Of a stretch of DNA of 64,000 nucleotides, positions 17,918-27,907 are shown piece after piece (position 1 is the stretch's first letter; each line of letters begins with the position of its first letter). This DNA comes from a virus. Lineage: Duplodnaviria > Heunggongvirae > Uroviricota > Caudoviricetes. The DNA is taken from IMG/VR virus record IMGVR_UViG_3300048574_000421; one strand, given 5' to 3'. Both the position numbers and the translations under genes were made by a program. The notes under the pieces were generated by a model. It did no database searches. It was not told the DNA's origin and worked only from the letters and a program-made list of their open reading frames with translations.

Positions 17918-18525
17918 TATTTCTTTCCATCAAACATGAAAGATTCATCAATTTCAAAAAATTTTGAAGCAACATTTTTCAACTCTTGTGAAGTAACATT
18001 CTTATTAGCAGAAAAAGAATATACTTCTACTTGAATATTTTGCAACTTTAAATACTCTACTAATGCTACAAAATCACCATCACCCGAGACTAAAACAACA
18101 GTGTCAAGAGCATCTTTCTTAGTGATGATATCTATTGCCATTTCAATATCTAAATTGCCTTTTGCTGACCCATCACTTCTTTTTTTCAAATCTTTTGAAA
18201 CTATATTGTAACCAATCTGTTTTAAAAAACTAACAAAACTTGTATTATCATTATCTCCTTTTACAAGATAAGCATTTGAAACACAAAGTTTTCTACCTTT
18301 AGTAATGCATTCAGTAAGTTTCTTAAAATCTATTTTTTTCTTAAAATTATCCATTGCACCATAATAGACATTTTGAACATCAACAAAAATCCCAACTCTT
18401 TCGTCAGGTGTGTTTCTGTTCTCTACTCTTACTTGAAACAAAAAATCCCCTTTAAGGGAATCAACAGCTTCAAGTAGTTTTTTATAGTTCTGTATTTTAC
18501 TTTCTTTCATTTTTTCCCTTATCAT
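17917..18525 (-). CDS. NYN-domain (LabA-like) putative ribonuclease
   Basis: GIFVDVQNVYYG ... VLVSGDGDFVALVEYLK...G..V.V matches the NYN/PIN-like acidic-residue pattern. Confidence 0.6.
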   Translation of the reverse strand: MIREKMKESKIQNYKKLLEAVDSLKGDFLFQVRVENRNTPDERVGIFVDVQNVYYGAMDNFKKKIDFKKLTECITKGRKLCVSNAYLVKGDNDNTSFVSFLKQIGYNIVSKDLKKRSDGSAKGNLDIEMAIDIITKKDALDTVVLVSGDGDFVALVEYLKLQNIQVEVYSFSANKNVTSQELKNVASKFFEIDESFMFDGKK

Positions 18526-18529
18526 ATTG

Positions 18530-20806
18530 TCATTCTACAGTTACCAAACTTCCTTCTTCTGTCTTATTAACAATAATTTCATTTCCATTAATCAAATCTT
18601 TTAAAGATTCAATATGAGTAATGACAAATACTTGTTTATAGATTTTTGATATTTCTCTAATGACTTCACCAAATTGTAAAATTCCACGAGCATCAAGTTT
18701 AGCAATCTTTTCATCAATTATAAGAGCTTCATGCTTCTTTCCTGCTCTTAATGATAAAAGCTTTGCTAATGATAAAACAATACTGAAAACTATACGGACA
18801 GTTTCACCACCTGAGTACATTTGCAAATCTTTTGGTTCTTTACCTTCTTCTAAAACCAAAATGTCAAGTCCACCACCTTTTTTAAACTCACCATCTTGTT
18901 TTTTAGGGTCTAGATCAAACTTTATTTTTGTTTTTTCAGAATCTTCATTAAATATTTTTAAAAACTCTGTTGTATATTTTTCAAGCATTGGTATAGATTC
19001 TTTTATAATAGATTTTTGAATTCCATCTTTACCAAATATAGTTGAAAGAATTTGATACAACTTTTTTTGTTTCATGTTTTCTTCATTGATTTTTGCAAAA
19101 TGAGCTATATCAGTTTTCATTTTTTCAAATTCATCAATTTTGTTTTTTGTCTCACCAATCTCTTGATTAACATCATCTATTTCGCTTCTATCTGTCTTAA
19201 TTTCATCTTCAAGTTTTTCTATTGCAAGATTTATTGCTTTAAATGCTTGTTGAATTTTAGGGTCGATTTTTTGTTCGAGCTCAATAATATTGTCTTTTTT
19301 AGATTTAATTGTTATTTTAAGCTCTTCAATTTGTTTTGTTAAATCTATTTGTTCTTCTTCAGAAGTTTTCAAATACTCTTCAAAATCTTTTTCTTTTTCT
19401 TTAAATGTATTTTCATTGTTAATAATTGTTTGCAAAGAAAGTTTCGCTCTAGAAAGCTTATCATTTTCTTTCTGCCTAGAAAAAGCTTGTATTTCAAGTT
19501 TTCTCTGTTCTTTTTTTACAACATCTAATGAAAGTATTGCTTCGTTAAGAGTTTTATTTAGACTTTCAATTTTTCCTTGAATCAAATCTAGTTCATTTTG
19601 TTTTGAATCTTTAAACTCGTTCTTGAATTTTTCATCGAGAATTTTACACTCTATTTCAATAATTGGACAAATCTTCCCAAATTTTTCAAGTTTTGTCAAT
19701 GTTGTTTTTATAGCATTCAATTCAGTTTTTAAAACAGCAATATCTTTTTCAATAATTTTTATTTCGTCGTCATGACTTTTGCAAACACCACTTAATTCTT
19801 TTATTTGTTTATCTACAACATCAAGTTCTTCAAGAATCTTTTCTTGATCTTTAATTGTTCGTTCTATTTGAAGTCTTTCTTCTTTTGAATCTTCAATAGA
19901 TTGTTTACGTCTCTTATAAAGCTCAGTTTGCGATTTTACTTCTTCAATAGAAGACAAAATATCGCTTTGAGCGTCTTTGTATGCTCTCTCCAAACTTGTC
20001 AGGTCTCTATTGCCCTGAACAATTTGGGTTTTTATTAAATTTTCTGTCTCTATTAAAACATTAATTCGTTGCTTTTCTTCATTTTGTTGTTTTAACTCAA
20101 TTTCTTTAGACTTCAATTCGCGTTTTGCTTTTTTCAAAACGCTTTCTAAAGTCTTGAAATTTTGTTTCACTTGTTCTTCTTGTTCTAGTTGTTTTTGCTT
20201 ATCTTGAATAAGATTTATATAGACTTGTATTTTTTTATCTAAATCATCAAATTTCTTACTGCATGCTCTTGCTGCTTTTTCATATAACTCAATATTAAGC
20301 AGTTCTCTAAGGATCTCTTTTCTCTCTGAACTTGTTCCTGTAATAATTTGAAGAGATTCACGTTCGTTCAAATAAGTTGTTGAACTATATGTTTTTGCGC
20401 TCAAACCAAGTATTTCTTCGATTGTTTTATCAGTTTTTTTCCAAGTAGCATCTTTCATCTCATTACTTGTTGTATCTAAAAAAATTTCATAAAGAGCAGA
20501 AGAATTTCTTGTTTTTGATCGAATCGATTTAAAACGTTGACCATCGATTTTAAATATGACTTCAAGATACATCTTTGTCATACTGTCATTTATATAGCTA
20601 TCTAGCAAATCAGCTCTTCCTGAGCCTTTTCCAAAAAAATTCACAACTATTGCTTCAAAAAGACTAGACTTTCCAGCACCATTCGACAATTCTGCGTCAT
20701 CATTAATTCTACCAAGAACAAGACAAGCTTGAACATCAGACAAATCAATTTCTTGGCGTTTCCTATAACTTAAAAAACCTTCAAGTATAATCTTCTCAAG
20801 TAACAT
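18530..20806 (-). CDS. sbcC: SbcC/Rad50-like SMC ATPase (recombination nuclease subunit, gp46-like)
   Basis: N-terminal Walker A NGAGKSSLFEAI, a roughly 450-aa coiled coil, and a C-terminal signature/Walker B MYSGGE...ALIIDE. Confidence 0.8.
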   Translation of the reverse strand: MLLEKIILEGFLSYRKRQEIDLSDVQACLVLGRINDDAELSNGAGKSSLFEAIVVNFFGKGSGRADLLDSYINDSMTKMYLEVIFKIDGQRFKSIRSKTRNSSALYEIFLDTTSNEMKDATWKKTDKTIEEILGLSAKTYSSTTYLNERESLQIITGTSSERKEILRELLNIELYEKAARACSKKFDDLDKKIQVYINLIQDKQKQLEQEEQVKQNFKTLESVLKKAKRELKSKEIELKQQNEEKQRINVLIETENLIKTQIVQGNRDLTSLERAYKDAQSDILSSIEEVKSQTELYKRRKQSIEDSKEERLQIERTIKDQEKILEELDVVDKQIKELSGVCKSHDDEIKIIEKDIAVLKTELNAIKTTLTKLEKFGKICPIIEIECKILDEKFKNEFKDSKQNELDLIQGKIESLNKTLNEAILSLDVVKKEQRKLEIQAFSRQKENDKLSRAKLSLQTIINNENTFKEKEKDFEEYLKTSEEEQIDLTKQIEELKITIKSKKDNIIELEQKIDPKIQQAFKAINLAIEKLEDEIKTDRSEIDDVNQEIGETKNKIDEFEKMKTDIAHFAKINEENMKQKKLYQILSTIFGKDGIQKSIIKESIPMLEKYTTEFLKIFNEDSEKTKIKFDLDPKKQDGEFKKGGGLDILVLEEGKEPKDLQMYSGGETVRIVFSIVLSLAKLLSLRAGKKHEALIIDEKIAKLDARGILQFGEVIREISKIYKQVFVITHIESLKDLINGNEIIVNKTEEGSLVTVE

Positions 20807-20874
20807 AAAAATCCTTGTGTAAGTTCTTGTTGTTCCTATAGATTTATACTATAAGAACAACAAGATTGAACAAA

Positions 20875-21186
20875 TTATTTATTCTGCTTTAACTCAGTAA
20901 CAATTTCTAAAATTTTGTCTAATTGTTTTTGCATATCACAAAGAACAGGTTCTATTTTTTTCATAAGCAATTCAGACTGTGTAACTATTGGTTTACAAAT
21001 TTCAGATTTTCTTTGCAAATTTTGCTTATCTAGATCTTGCAAATTTTCAATAAAACCTAATGTTTGTTTGTTCATTTCGCCAGCAATTTTTTTAGCGTTT
21101 TGTAAAAAATCTGCATTAACTGTGTTGATTTTCAATAAAGCTTCTTGTATCTTGTTTTTATCTATCTCTCTGTTTTCTTTATTCAT
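20875..21186 (-). CDS. hypothetical coiled-coil protein (103 aa)
   Basis: ORF track. Heptad-like composition. Confidence 0.35.
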   Translation of the reverse strand: MNKENREIDKNKIQEALLKINTVNADFLQNAKKIAGEMNKQTLGFIENLQDLDKQNLQRKSEICKPIVTQSELLMKKIEPVLCDMQKQLDKILEIVTELKQNK

Positions 21187-21200
21187 ACGTGACTCCTAGT

Positions 21201-23390
21201 TTAATAGCCTACTTTTTCTTCGCCAAGTTCAAAAACACATTTGATACCATCAACAACAAGTTCGCAATTCTCTCTGCTTGTGAATTCTTTAAACCATTTG
21301 CGACCAAGTATGACAGCCATTTTTGTTTTTTGAATATTTGAACGAAGTGATCTCAACTTTTTCTGTTTCTCTCCAATAGTTTTTTCAAACCATGAAGCAA
21401 TTTCAGCTTTATCTTTGAGTGTTGCTTTTGCGTTTTCCCACAATGTGATTCCTGTTTCAATCAATGCTTCTGAAGCTGTTCTTGATTTATTTGAAGCAAT
21501 CTTTTCCATGACTTTTTTGACAGTGGGCAATGTAGCAATACCTGACAATTTAATATCAAAAGTTTTAGCCATGTAAAAATCTACAGGGTCAGCTTTATCT
21601 GTTGGTGGAGAATAAACTCCTCCTCGTTCAACAAGAATACCATTCTCTTTTAAGAACAAAGCTTGTTCCTCAGTAAAATTTGATGGTACTTCTTGCTCAT
21701 CACCAAGAACATCTGACTTTAACCACTTAAGAGCTTTAATCTCACCCTTAAGCTTCTGTTCAGCAAGAACATTTTTGCAAAGTTCTTCACCTGAAATATC
21801 ATCACCAGCAAGAACTCTATTGATTGCAGGAAGTTTTCCAAGATCTATTGCATAAACTTTTGATGTTTTAAAATCATCATCAACAACAATGCCTTCGTTC
21901 TTGAATTTCTTGTATGACTCTTGTGAAGAAGTAAGATAGAACACTTTTGTATGGGTATGACCATCTTTTACGAAAGTATAGTTTCTAAAAACGTAAGTCG
22001 GATATTTGTCAATAAAACCCATTTGAGCTGCAGTTTTACCATTTGCTTCATGAAGGTCTATTGTACCTTTTATTGAAGTTTGAACTGACAAATTAAGACG
22101 ACTTTCATGCCATACTAAAGTATTAAATGGACACTTACTTGTTTTATCTGCATAAAACTTGCTGTATCCGTCTTTTTCAGATGATTTTACACCAATTTTC
22201 TCATACGCAAACTTTTCGTGATACGGGAAAAAAGCACTTTCAGAATCTTCTGTTAACATATTTAATGCATCATACACGCAAAAAGCGTCAGCTTTGGGAA
22301 GATAAGTTGCATCACGTCCACATGTGAATCTTGAACTTACATCATTTACAGACTTGCTTATAAATTCTTCAGTTTCTCCAAACTCTTCAACCATAAAAGC
22401 GTTATTAAGCTTGTCAATGATAGCTTTATCCCCAGCTTTTCCAACAATCTCCATAGCAATATCAGTTTTAGTTTGTTGACTCATTATCAATGCAGCACCA
22501 TAAATTGCTTTTGCTAATGAATCTTGATTTGACCCAAAATCTACTTTCAAGAGATCAACTTTGTCCCAAGACTTTGTGTTTGGTTTCTCTGTTGTAAGAT
22601 AATAGATTTTTACAGGCTTTCCTTTTTCTGGTGCAACATAAATTTTGTCATCATCAAGAGAAAGCGAAACAACACCCTGATCAGTAACAGAAAAAATTGC
22701 TAAAGTATTTGAAAATAAAGGTTCGACTTCTTCTTTAGGTTCGCTTGAACTTGACATATCAACAAGTTTTACAATGTGATTTGTAAATTCTTTGACATTT
22801 GAACTGTGAATCAACATAGCACCAAGTTTTTCAGACATTTGCGCCATCAACTCTTTGTTGTAATAACAACCACAACCTATCAACATTGCTGTATGAATTT
22901 TACCTTTGATTTTTTTGATAGAAGCAAAAATTGTATCTACTTCTTTTTTGTAGTTGCTAACAACAGGATAACCATCAGTAAAAAGACAAAGCGAAAAGGT
23001 TTTTGATAAAACAGACAAATCGTTTACGACAACATCAGTATCAGTGAGAATTTCACTAAAACATGTAGTGCCTCTTGTTGTGTTGTTCTTTTTAATTGCA
23101 GCTTCAAGCGATTTATAATCAGCATTGTCAACAATTCTAAATCCTTTAAAAACCCAATTAAAATCACCTTCGCTGCTAAACCAGCCCAATGACAAAGAAT
23201 CTCCTTTTGGGATCTTCTTTGATAACGTGATAAGTTGATCACAAAGTTCAGTAATCAACCCGTACATTGAACCTGATCTATCATAGATCCAAATATGATT
23301 TACAGGTTCTTTTTTTGCAACAATCTTTTTTGATTTTATTTCTTGTTCAACCAAAACAAGATCATTGTCAAATTTGACATACTTTGGCAT
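21201..23390 (-). CDS. von Willebrand factor A (vWA) domain protein
   Basis: MIDAS motif elements IWIYDRSGSM ... TRGTT ... LFTDGYP at the N-terminus. A long C-terminal region of unknown function. Confidence 0.55.
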   Translation of the reverse strand: MPKYVKFDNDLVLVEQEIKSKKIVAKKEPVNHIWIYDRSGSMYGLITELCDQLITLSKKIPKGDSLSLGWFSSEGDFNWVFKGFRIVDNADYKSLEAAIKKNNTTRGTTCFSEILTDTDVVVNDLSVLSKTFSLCLFTDGYPVVSNYKKEVDTIFASIKKIKGKIHTAMLIGCGCYYNKELMAQMSEKLGAMLIHSSNVKEFTNHIVKLVDMSSSSEPKEEVEPLFSNTLAIFSVTDQGVVSLSLDDDKIYVAPEKGKPVKIYYLTTEKPNTKSWDKVDLLKVDFGSNQDSLAKAIYGAALIMSQQTKTDIAMEIVGKAGDKAIIDKLNNAFMVEEFGETEEFISKSVNDVSSRFTCGRDATYLPKADAFCVYDALNMLTEDSESAFFPYHEKFAYEKIGVKSSEKDGYSKFYADKTSKCPFNTLVWHESRLNLSVQTSIKGTIDLHEANGKTAAQMGFIDKYPTYVFRNYTFVKDGHTHTKVFYLTSSQESYKKFKNEGIVVDDDFKTSKVYAIDLGKLPAINRVLAGDDISGEELCKNVLAEQKLKGEIKALKWLKSDVLGDEQEVPSNFTEEQALFLKENGILVERGGVYSPPTDKADPVDFYMAKTFDIKLSGIATLPTVKKVMEKIASNKSRTASEALIETGITLWENAKATLKDKAEIASWFEKTIGEKQKKLRSLRSNIQKTKMAVILGRKWFKEFTSRENCELVVDGIKCVFELGEEKVGY

Positions 23391-23418
23391 ATTAGTACCT
23401 TTCTGCTCTTACGAGCTC

Positions 23419-24579
23419 CTAAGTGTTTATAATATCAGCTAAAATTTCTTCACCTGCTTTTAGTACTTCTTCTTTAAGATCAATTTCAGATTGTTCTACA
23501 TAACTTCTAAACATTTCAACATAATTAAGTTCTTCATTATGTTTTATTTTTATTTCGCTTTGCTCTTCACGAACTTCTTGAATACTTTTCCCTATGTAAT
23601 TCCAAGACTCTTCTTCAAGAAACTGTTCAAGTCCAGTAAAATTTATCAAACTTTTATCTTTTTCTCTTATGACTGCTTTCAATCTCACAATAGATTTACT
23701 TAAATCCAAGTCTTGAACTGATTCACAAAAGCCTGCCATTTGCTGTCTTGGATCATCAAGAAGATCAACAAACAACGTCTTGAACTCTCTATCTTCTATC
23801 TCAATAAAAGTATCTTCAGCGTCACGAACAAAATAAAAACCTTTTTTCTCACCCTCTTCTCCAAAATCAACTTTAGCAATAGAGCCCACATGTCTACAAA
23901 AAAAGTTCATTTCTTGTTGTTTGTGTATGTCACCCAAATATACTTTAGTCCAAACATTTTTATCGAAAATTGCTAAAGGAAGAACTCTATTACATTTTTC
24001 ATCCATTCCCATATCGAAACTTTGACCTGCTACAGATTTATCTGTAGCATAATGCCCAAAAAAGTACTTAAATTTCTTTTTACTTTGTACAGCTTTTTCA
24101 GTCAAACTCTTAATGTTTGTTATAACATAGTCATGAAACTGTTTTGCTTCAATATTTGCATCAAAAGGATTAACATGAGGCATGAAACAAAAAATCGAAT
24201 CTTCAACTTCTATAGCAGTGGGTTGGTCGATGACATAAAGATTTTCTATTTGTGTACTAAGTTCTACGAGCTCAACAAGATCGTGGCCATGAGATTTTCC
24301 TTGATCATGATTGCCGAGAAGTAAATAGATTTTTATGTGTCTATCTAGCGCCCATTCAATTTTTGAAGAAAGTAATCTTCTAAAAATTTGTGCAGGTCGT
24401 TTTGTATGGTAAAAATCACCCAAAATCATCACTGTACTTATTTTATTTTGATGTGCATAATTTAGTGCTTGTTGAATATTATCTAGAATGTCTTGCGTTC
24501 TAGAGTCATAACCCAAATTATTCATTTTACCATATTTGTAGCGACCTAAATGAATATCTGATAATAATACCATTTCCAT
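23419..24579 (-). CDS. sbcD: SbcD/Mre11-like calcineurin-type phosphoesterase (recombination nuclease subunit, gp47-like)
   Basis: Phosphoesterase motifs LSDIHLG, ILGDFYH, LLGNHD, GHYA. Confidence 0.8.
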   Translation of the reverse strand: MEMVLLSDIHLGRYKYGKMNNLGYDSRTQDILDNIQQALNYAHQNKISTVMILGDFYHTKRPAQIFRRLLSSKIEWALDRHIKIYLLLGNHDQGKSHGHDLVELVELSTQIENLYVIDQPTAIEVEDSIFCFMPHVNPFDANIEAKQFHDYVITNIKSLTEKAVQSKKKFKYFFGHYATDKSVAGQSFDMGMDEKCNRVLPLAIFDKNVWTKVYLGDIHKQQEMNFFCRHVGSIAKVDFGEEGEKKGFYFVRDAEDTFIEIEDREFKTLFVDLLDDPRQQMAGFCESVQDLDLSKSIVRLKAVIREKDKSLINFTGLEQFLEEESWNYIGKSIQEVREEQSEIKIKHNEELNYVEMFRSYVEQSEIDLKEEVLKAGEEILADIINT

Positions 24580-24588
24580 AATAAATCC

Positions 24589-25044
24589 TTATGCTCTAGA
24601 GTTACTAGACTGATCTGTAATAGGTTCGAAATATGCACGCATATTATTCTGTTCTCTATTAGAGATTTTCGGTTGTTCTATTTTTATATCCATTTTTTCA
24701 TGTAAATCACTCGTAACAGCAAGTATTTGATCTAAACACTCAAGTATATATCTATATCGAATCACAATTTCATGCCAAACAAGCCCTTTTTGAGCTTCAG
24801 CGAGTAGCATTTTTTCTTTTAACTGTTGTTTTAACCAAAAAAGACTATGTTGACCGTCAGGCATTCGTAGATCAGATTTACTTAGCAAAACAAGAAAATC
24901 TTGAATGTCTTCATTTGTAGCTTTTGTAATTTGAAGATTTGGTTTATTTAAAACTTGGGAAAGTAACCAATTGACAGAAATTTCATCATCAAAGACAAAA
25001 ACTCCTTCTTGCTCATCATAATGATATTTCTTATCTTGCTTCAT
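24589..25044 (-). CDS. hypothetical protein (151 aa)
   Basis: ORF track. Confidence 0.4.
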   Translation of the reverse strand: MKQDKKYHYDEQEGVFVFDDEISVNWLLSQVLNKPNLQITKATNEDIQDFLVLLSKSDLRMPDGQHSLFWLKQQLKEKMLLAEAQKGLVWHEIVIRYRYILECLDQILAVTSDLHEKMDIKIEQPKISNREQNNMRAYFEPITDQSSNSRA

Positions 25045-25878
25045 TTATTGACAAGATAGACATCTTTTTGCATTATGAGCTTTAGCTACAAAAAGATTAT
25101 TACATTTGATGCATTTTTTTTCATACAACTTGGGATTGTTTTTTTTCGTATCACTAATTTTTTGTTTTGATTTTTCAGTATGAACCTTTCCAAAAAACGA
25201 ATTACCTTTACCTTTTGTCCGAGCACTAATATTCTTTTTTACTTCTTCTGAAAACTTCTTACCCTCAAGACTTTTAGTTATTTTTTGTTTAGACTCTAAA
25301 CTATGTTTTTTGCCAAACATTCCGTTATTTTCACCAGAAGAAGCACGACTTAATTTTCTTTTATGAGATTTAGAAAGAACTCTACCTTTATTTGCATTAC
25401 TTACTTTATCTTTTGCTTCTTGCGTATGTTTTCGTCCATACATACCATTTTTTTCGCCTGCTCCCTTGCCTTTTCTGTTTCTTTTTAACTTTCTAAGCGA
25501 TTTATCAGACAAATTATGTATTCCGTCACCACCATCTGTCAAATTTGTTAAAGGCCCAGTTTTTAAATCTATTCTACCAATTGATTTTATTAACTGTATT
25601 TCAAGTTTAGAAGCATCAACAAAGCTCAAATCTGTTTTTATTTTAATTCTAAAAGCATCTACACCTGTTTCTCTTTTAATCTTACAAATTTTATTTGCTT
25701 TTAATTTATTTGAGTCTTTATGTTTGTAAGCAGACTGTAAGTGGTGATCTATTCTATTTTCTCTTCCTAAACCTATATAAAAGGGTTCAAATGAAAACAA
25801 ATTATCAAAAACAATTGGTTTTCTTGGATCTAAATATGCATAAACATAAAAATCAGTTTTTTGACGATTTAATTTCAT
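25045..25878 (-). mobile_element. free-standing GIY-YIG homing endonuclease with NUMOD3 repeats
   Basis: GIY-YIG core FYVYAYLDP...PFYIGLGRENRIDHH. Three NUMOD3-like DNA-binding repeats (GMYGRKHTQEAKDKVS, GMFGKKHSLESKQKIT, SFFGKVHTEKSKQKIS). A C-terminal CxxC...CxxC. Confidence 0.75.
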
Positions 25879-26506
25879 TAATTGTTGCCAGTGCTATGCC
25901 TATAGAATCTGCAATATCATTGTTGACACCACAATCGCTATAAATATCAGTACTAATTTTTTCATACTGTTTATCAAACTCTTTCAATTTTTTGCTTAAA
26001 TCTTTTTTATTGATCCCTTGTTTTTTCCCATCAAGTTTTATTGAAATCGTATCAGCTTTTATTCTGTTAAAATCTTCTTTGTATTTTATTATTTGCTCTT
26101 GTCTTAAAAAATTAAAACGAGAACAAATCTCTACTTGAACTTCTGCTTTTAATGAACTCCCACTAATTCCTAAATTTTTCTTCCAAGCTGGTGGCTCAAA
26201 AAAAAATGGTTCTTTTTTCTTATATGAATACACTTGAAAAATCGCAACACCCGAAAATCTAGAAAGTACTTTAAGAATTTTAGGCCCTCTCATAAACGCT
26301 ATTTCTTCAATACCAATTTCGTCTGGATTATGTAATTCAATTGTTTTTTTTAATTCATTTCCTAAAAGGTGTAAACGTTGTATTGTACTCATAGTTTTTT
26401 CACCTCGTATTAAACCATAAGCAACAACAGAAATATTGTTATCAATTAATTTTAAAACACTCCAGCCAGTACTTTGTGTTGAAACATCTAGACCCATAAT
26501 TTTCAT
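25853..26506 (-). CDS. ruvC: RuvC-like Holliday junction resolvase
   Basis: N-terminal IMGLDVSTQSTGWSVL (the RuvC motif MxxxGIDPGxxxxGxAV with its catalytic Asp) and an RNase H-like fold length. Confidence 0.65.
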   Translation of the reverse strand: MKIMGLDVSTQSTGWSVLKLIDNNISVVAYGLIRGEKTMSTIQRLHLLGNELKKTIELHNPDEIGIEEIAFMRGPKILKVLSRFSGVAIFQVYSYKKKEPFFFEPPAWKKNLGISGSSLKAEVQVEICSRFNFLRQEQIIKYKEDFNRIKADTISIKLDGKKQGINKKDLSKKLKEFDKQYEKISTDIYSDCGVNNDIADSIGIALATINEIKSSKN

Positions 26507-26583
26507 TTATCACCCCGTAAAAATGTATTATAGACCTAGTTAGCTTTATAAAAAGTTTATAAATTAGCAGAAGTTCACTTTTA

Positions 26584-26618
26584 AACAAAAAGAGCTAGGG
26601 ACTTGTTTGTCCCTAGCT
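26584..26618 (-). terminator. rho-independent terminator downstream of the recA-like gene
   Basis: 10-bp stem agctagggac / gtccctagct with a 6-nt loop. On the minus strand it is followed by CTTTTTGTTT. Confidence 0.5.
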
Positions 26619-26630
26619 TGAGTTACGAAT

Positions 26631-27890
26631 TTACGATTTTGTTTTTCTTTTTATTGTTGTTGTTTCAGTTTTTTCATTACCTGAATCTTCAACAAGTTCA
26701 GCGTTTTTTTCGTCTTCAGCACTCTCTTCATCTGCTTTTTCTTTTTTCACTATAAAACTTTCACTAACATCAGGATTGTCTTCAACAACTTCTTTATCGC
26801 TGTAAAACTTTCCTTCTTTGATGAACTTGTAAATTACTTCTTTTATATGAGGATTACTTTCGATTACGTCTCTGAAATCCTCTTTTTTGAAATGCTCTAT
26901 CGATTCATCAAAAACCTCATCAGTTCCTGGTTTCACAAAATTGTATTGACCTCGTTTGAGCTTTTTTACAAAACCATTTAGTTCTGCTACAGACATCAAT
27001 TCGCCATCTTGGTCAATTCCTGTGCCATCATAACGAATCCTAATGATAATAGGATCAGCAGGTAAACCACCCGCTTTATTTTTGTCAAACTTGATTTTAG
27101 CTTGATGTGCAAAAATCTTTCCTGCTTCATCGCGCTCTTCAGTTTTCCAGATTTTAGACACGCGATATGATATAGTGTTGTAGAAAGGTAAAGCAGTACC
27201 ACCTGTTCTTGATTCAGGGTTTGCACCAAATTTTGCATTAGGATTCATTCTAGTTTGATTGATAAAAATCAAAATAGTTTTAGAATTCGCTGTTACCATT
27301 GCTGATAAAACTTTCTTGAGTCCCTTTGACATCATTGCTGCAACAGAAGCCATACGCTGTGACTCATCCATTCCCTTATGAATCATTTCGAGGGGGACTA
27401 GCTGTGACACAGAATCAACCATAATAATACCAAAATTACCTGGCGTAATGACTTTCTCGACCTCTCCGTCTGAATTTAGCTGAACATCGCCAAGGATTGC
27501 CATCTCAATCATGTCAAAAGCTTCTTCACCAGATATCACAGGCTTTACGTAAAGTTCAGGTACGTTTACACCAAGTTGTTGTGCCCATCTTGACTGATAC
27601 TTAAATTGATTTTCAGCATCAATAATAAGATGATCTCTAGTAGGATTTTTTTTCTGTGATTGAGCTATAGCAAGGTAACCCATAAGAGTTTTTCCTGAGT
27701 GTTGTGGTCCGTAAATTTCAACCACACAACCTTCAGGGTAACCCTTACAGTCACCAATTGCTTCATCCATAAGGAGCGAACCTGTAGAAATAGAAGGAGG
27801 GGGCTTTAAGATACTTGCCCCAGCTTTTTCCCATTTCCCGCCAAATTTCTGTTCAATACGCTCTGCTGCTGAAATAGTTGTTTTAGCCAT
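26631..27890 (-). CDS. recA: RecA/UvsX-family recombinase
   Basis: ISTGSLLMDEAIG...GCVVEIYGPQHSGKTLMGYLAIAQ aligns to the RecA N-terminus and Walker A (RecA: [45 protein letters not shown]). It has an acidic C-terminus. Confidence 0.85.
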   Translation of the reverse strand: MAKTTISAAERIEQKFGGKWEKAGASILKPPPSISTGSLLMDEAIGDCKGYPEGCVVEIYGPQHSGKTLMGYLAIAQSQKKNPTRDHLIIDAENQFKYQSRWAQQLGVNVPELYVKPVISGEEAFDMIEMAILGDVQLNSDGEVEKVITPGNFGIIMVDSVSQLVPLEMIHKGMDESQRMASVAAMMSKGLKKVLSAMVTANSKTILIFINQTRMNPNAKFGANPESRTGGTALPFYNTISYRVSKIWKTEERDEAGKIFAHQAKIKFDKNKAGGLPADPIIIRIRYDGTGIDQDGELMSVAELNGFVKKLKRGQYNFVKPGTDEVFDESIEHFKKEDFRDVIESNPHIKEVIYKFIKEGKFYSDKEVVEDNPDVSESFIVKKEKADEESAEDEKNAELVEDSGNEKTETTTIKRKTKS

Positions 27891-27907
27891 TTTTTACTCC
27901 TTCAAAG

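Noticed and set aside
20810-20874. 10-bp inverted repeat cttgttgttc ... gaacaacaag downstream of the coiled-coil ORF as a terminator
   Set aside because: The 20-nt loop and the lack of a clean U-tract on the minus strand make it a weak candidate, so it is not listed as a feature.
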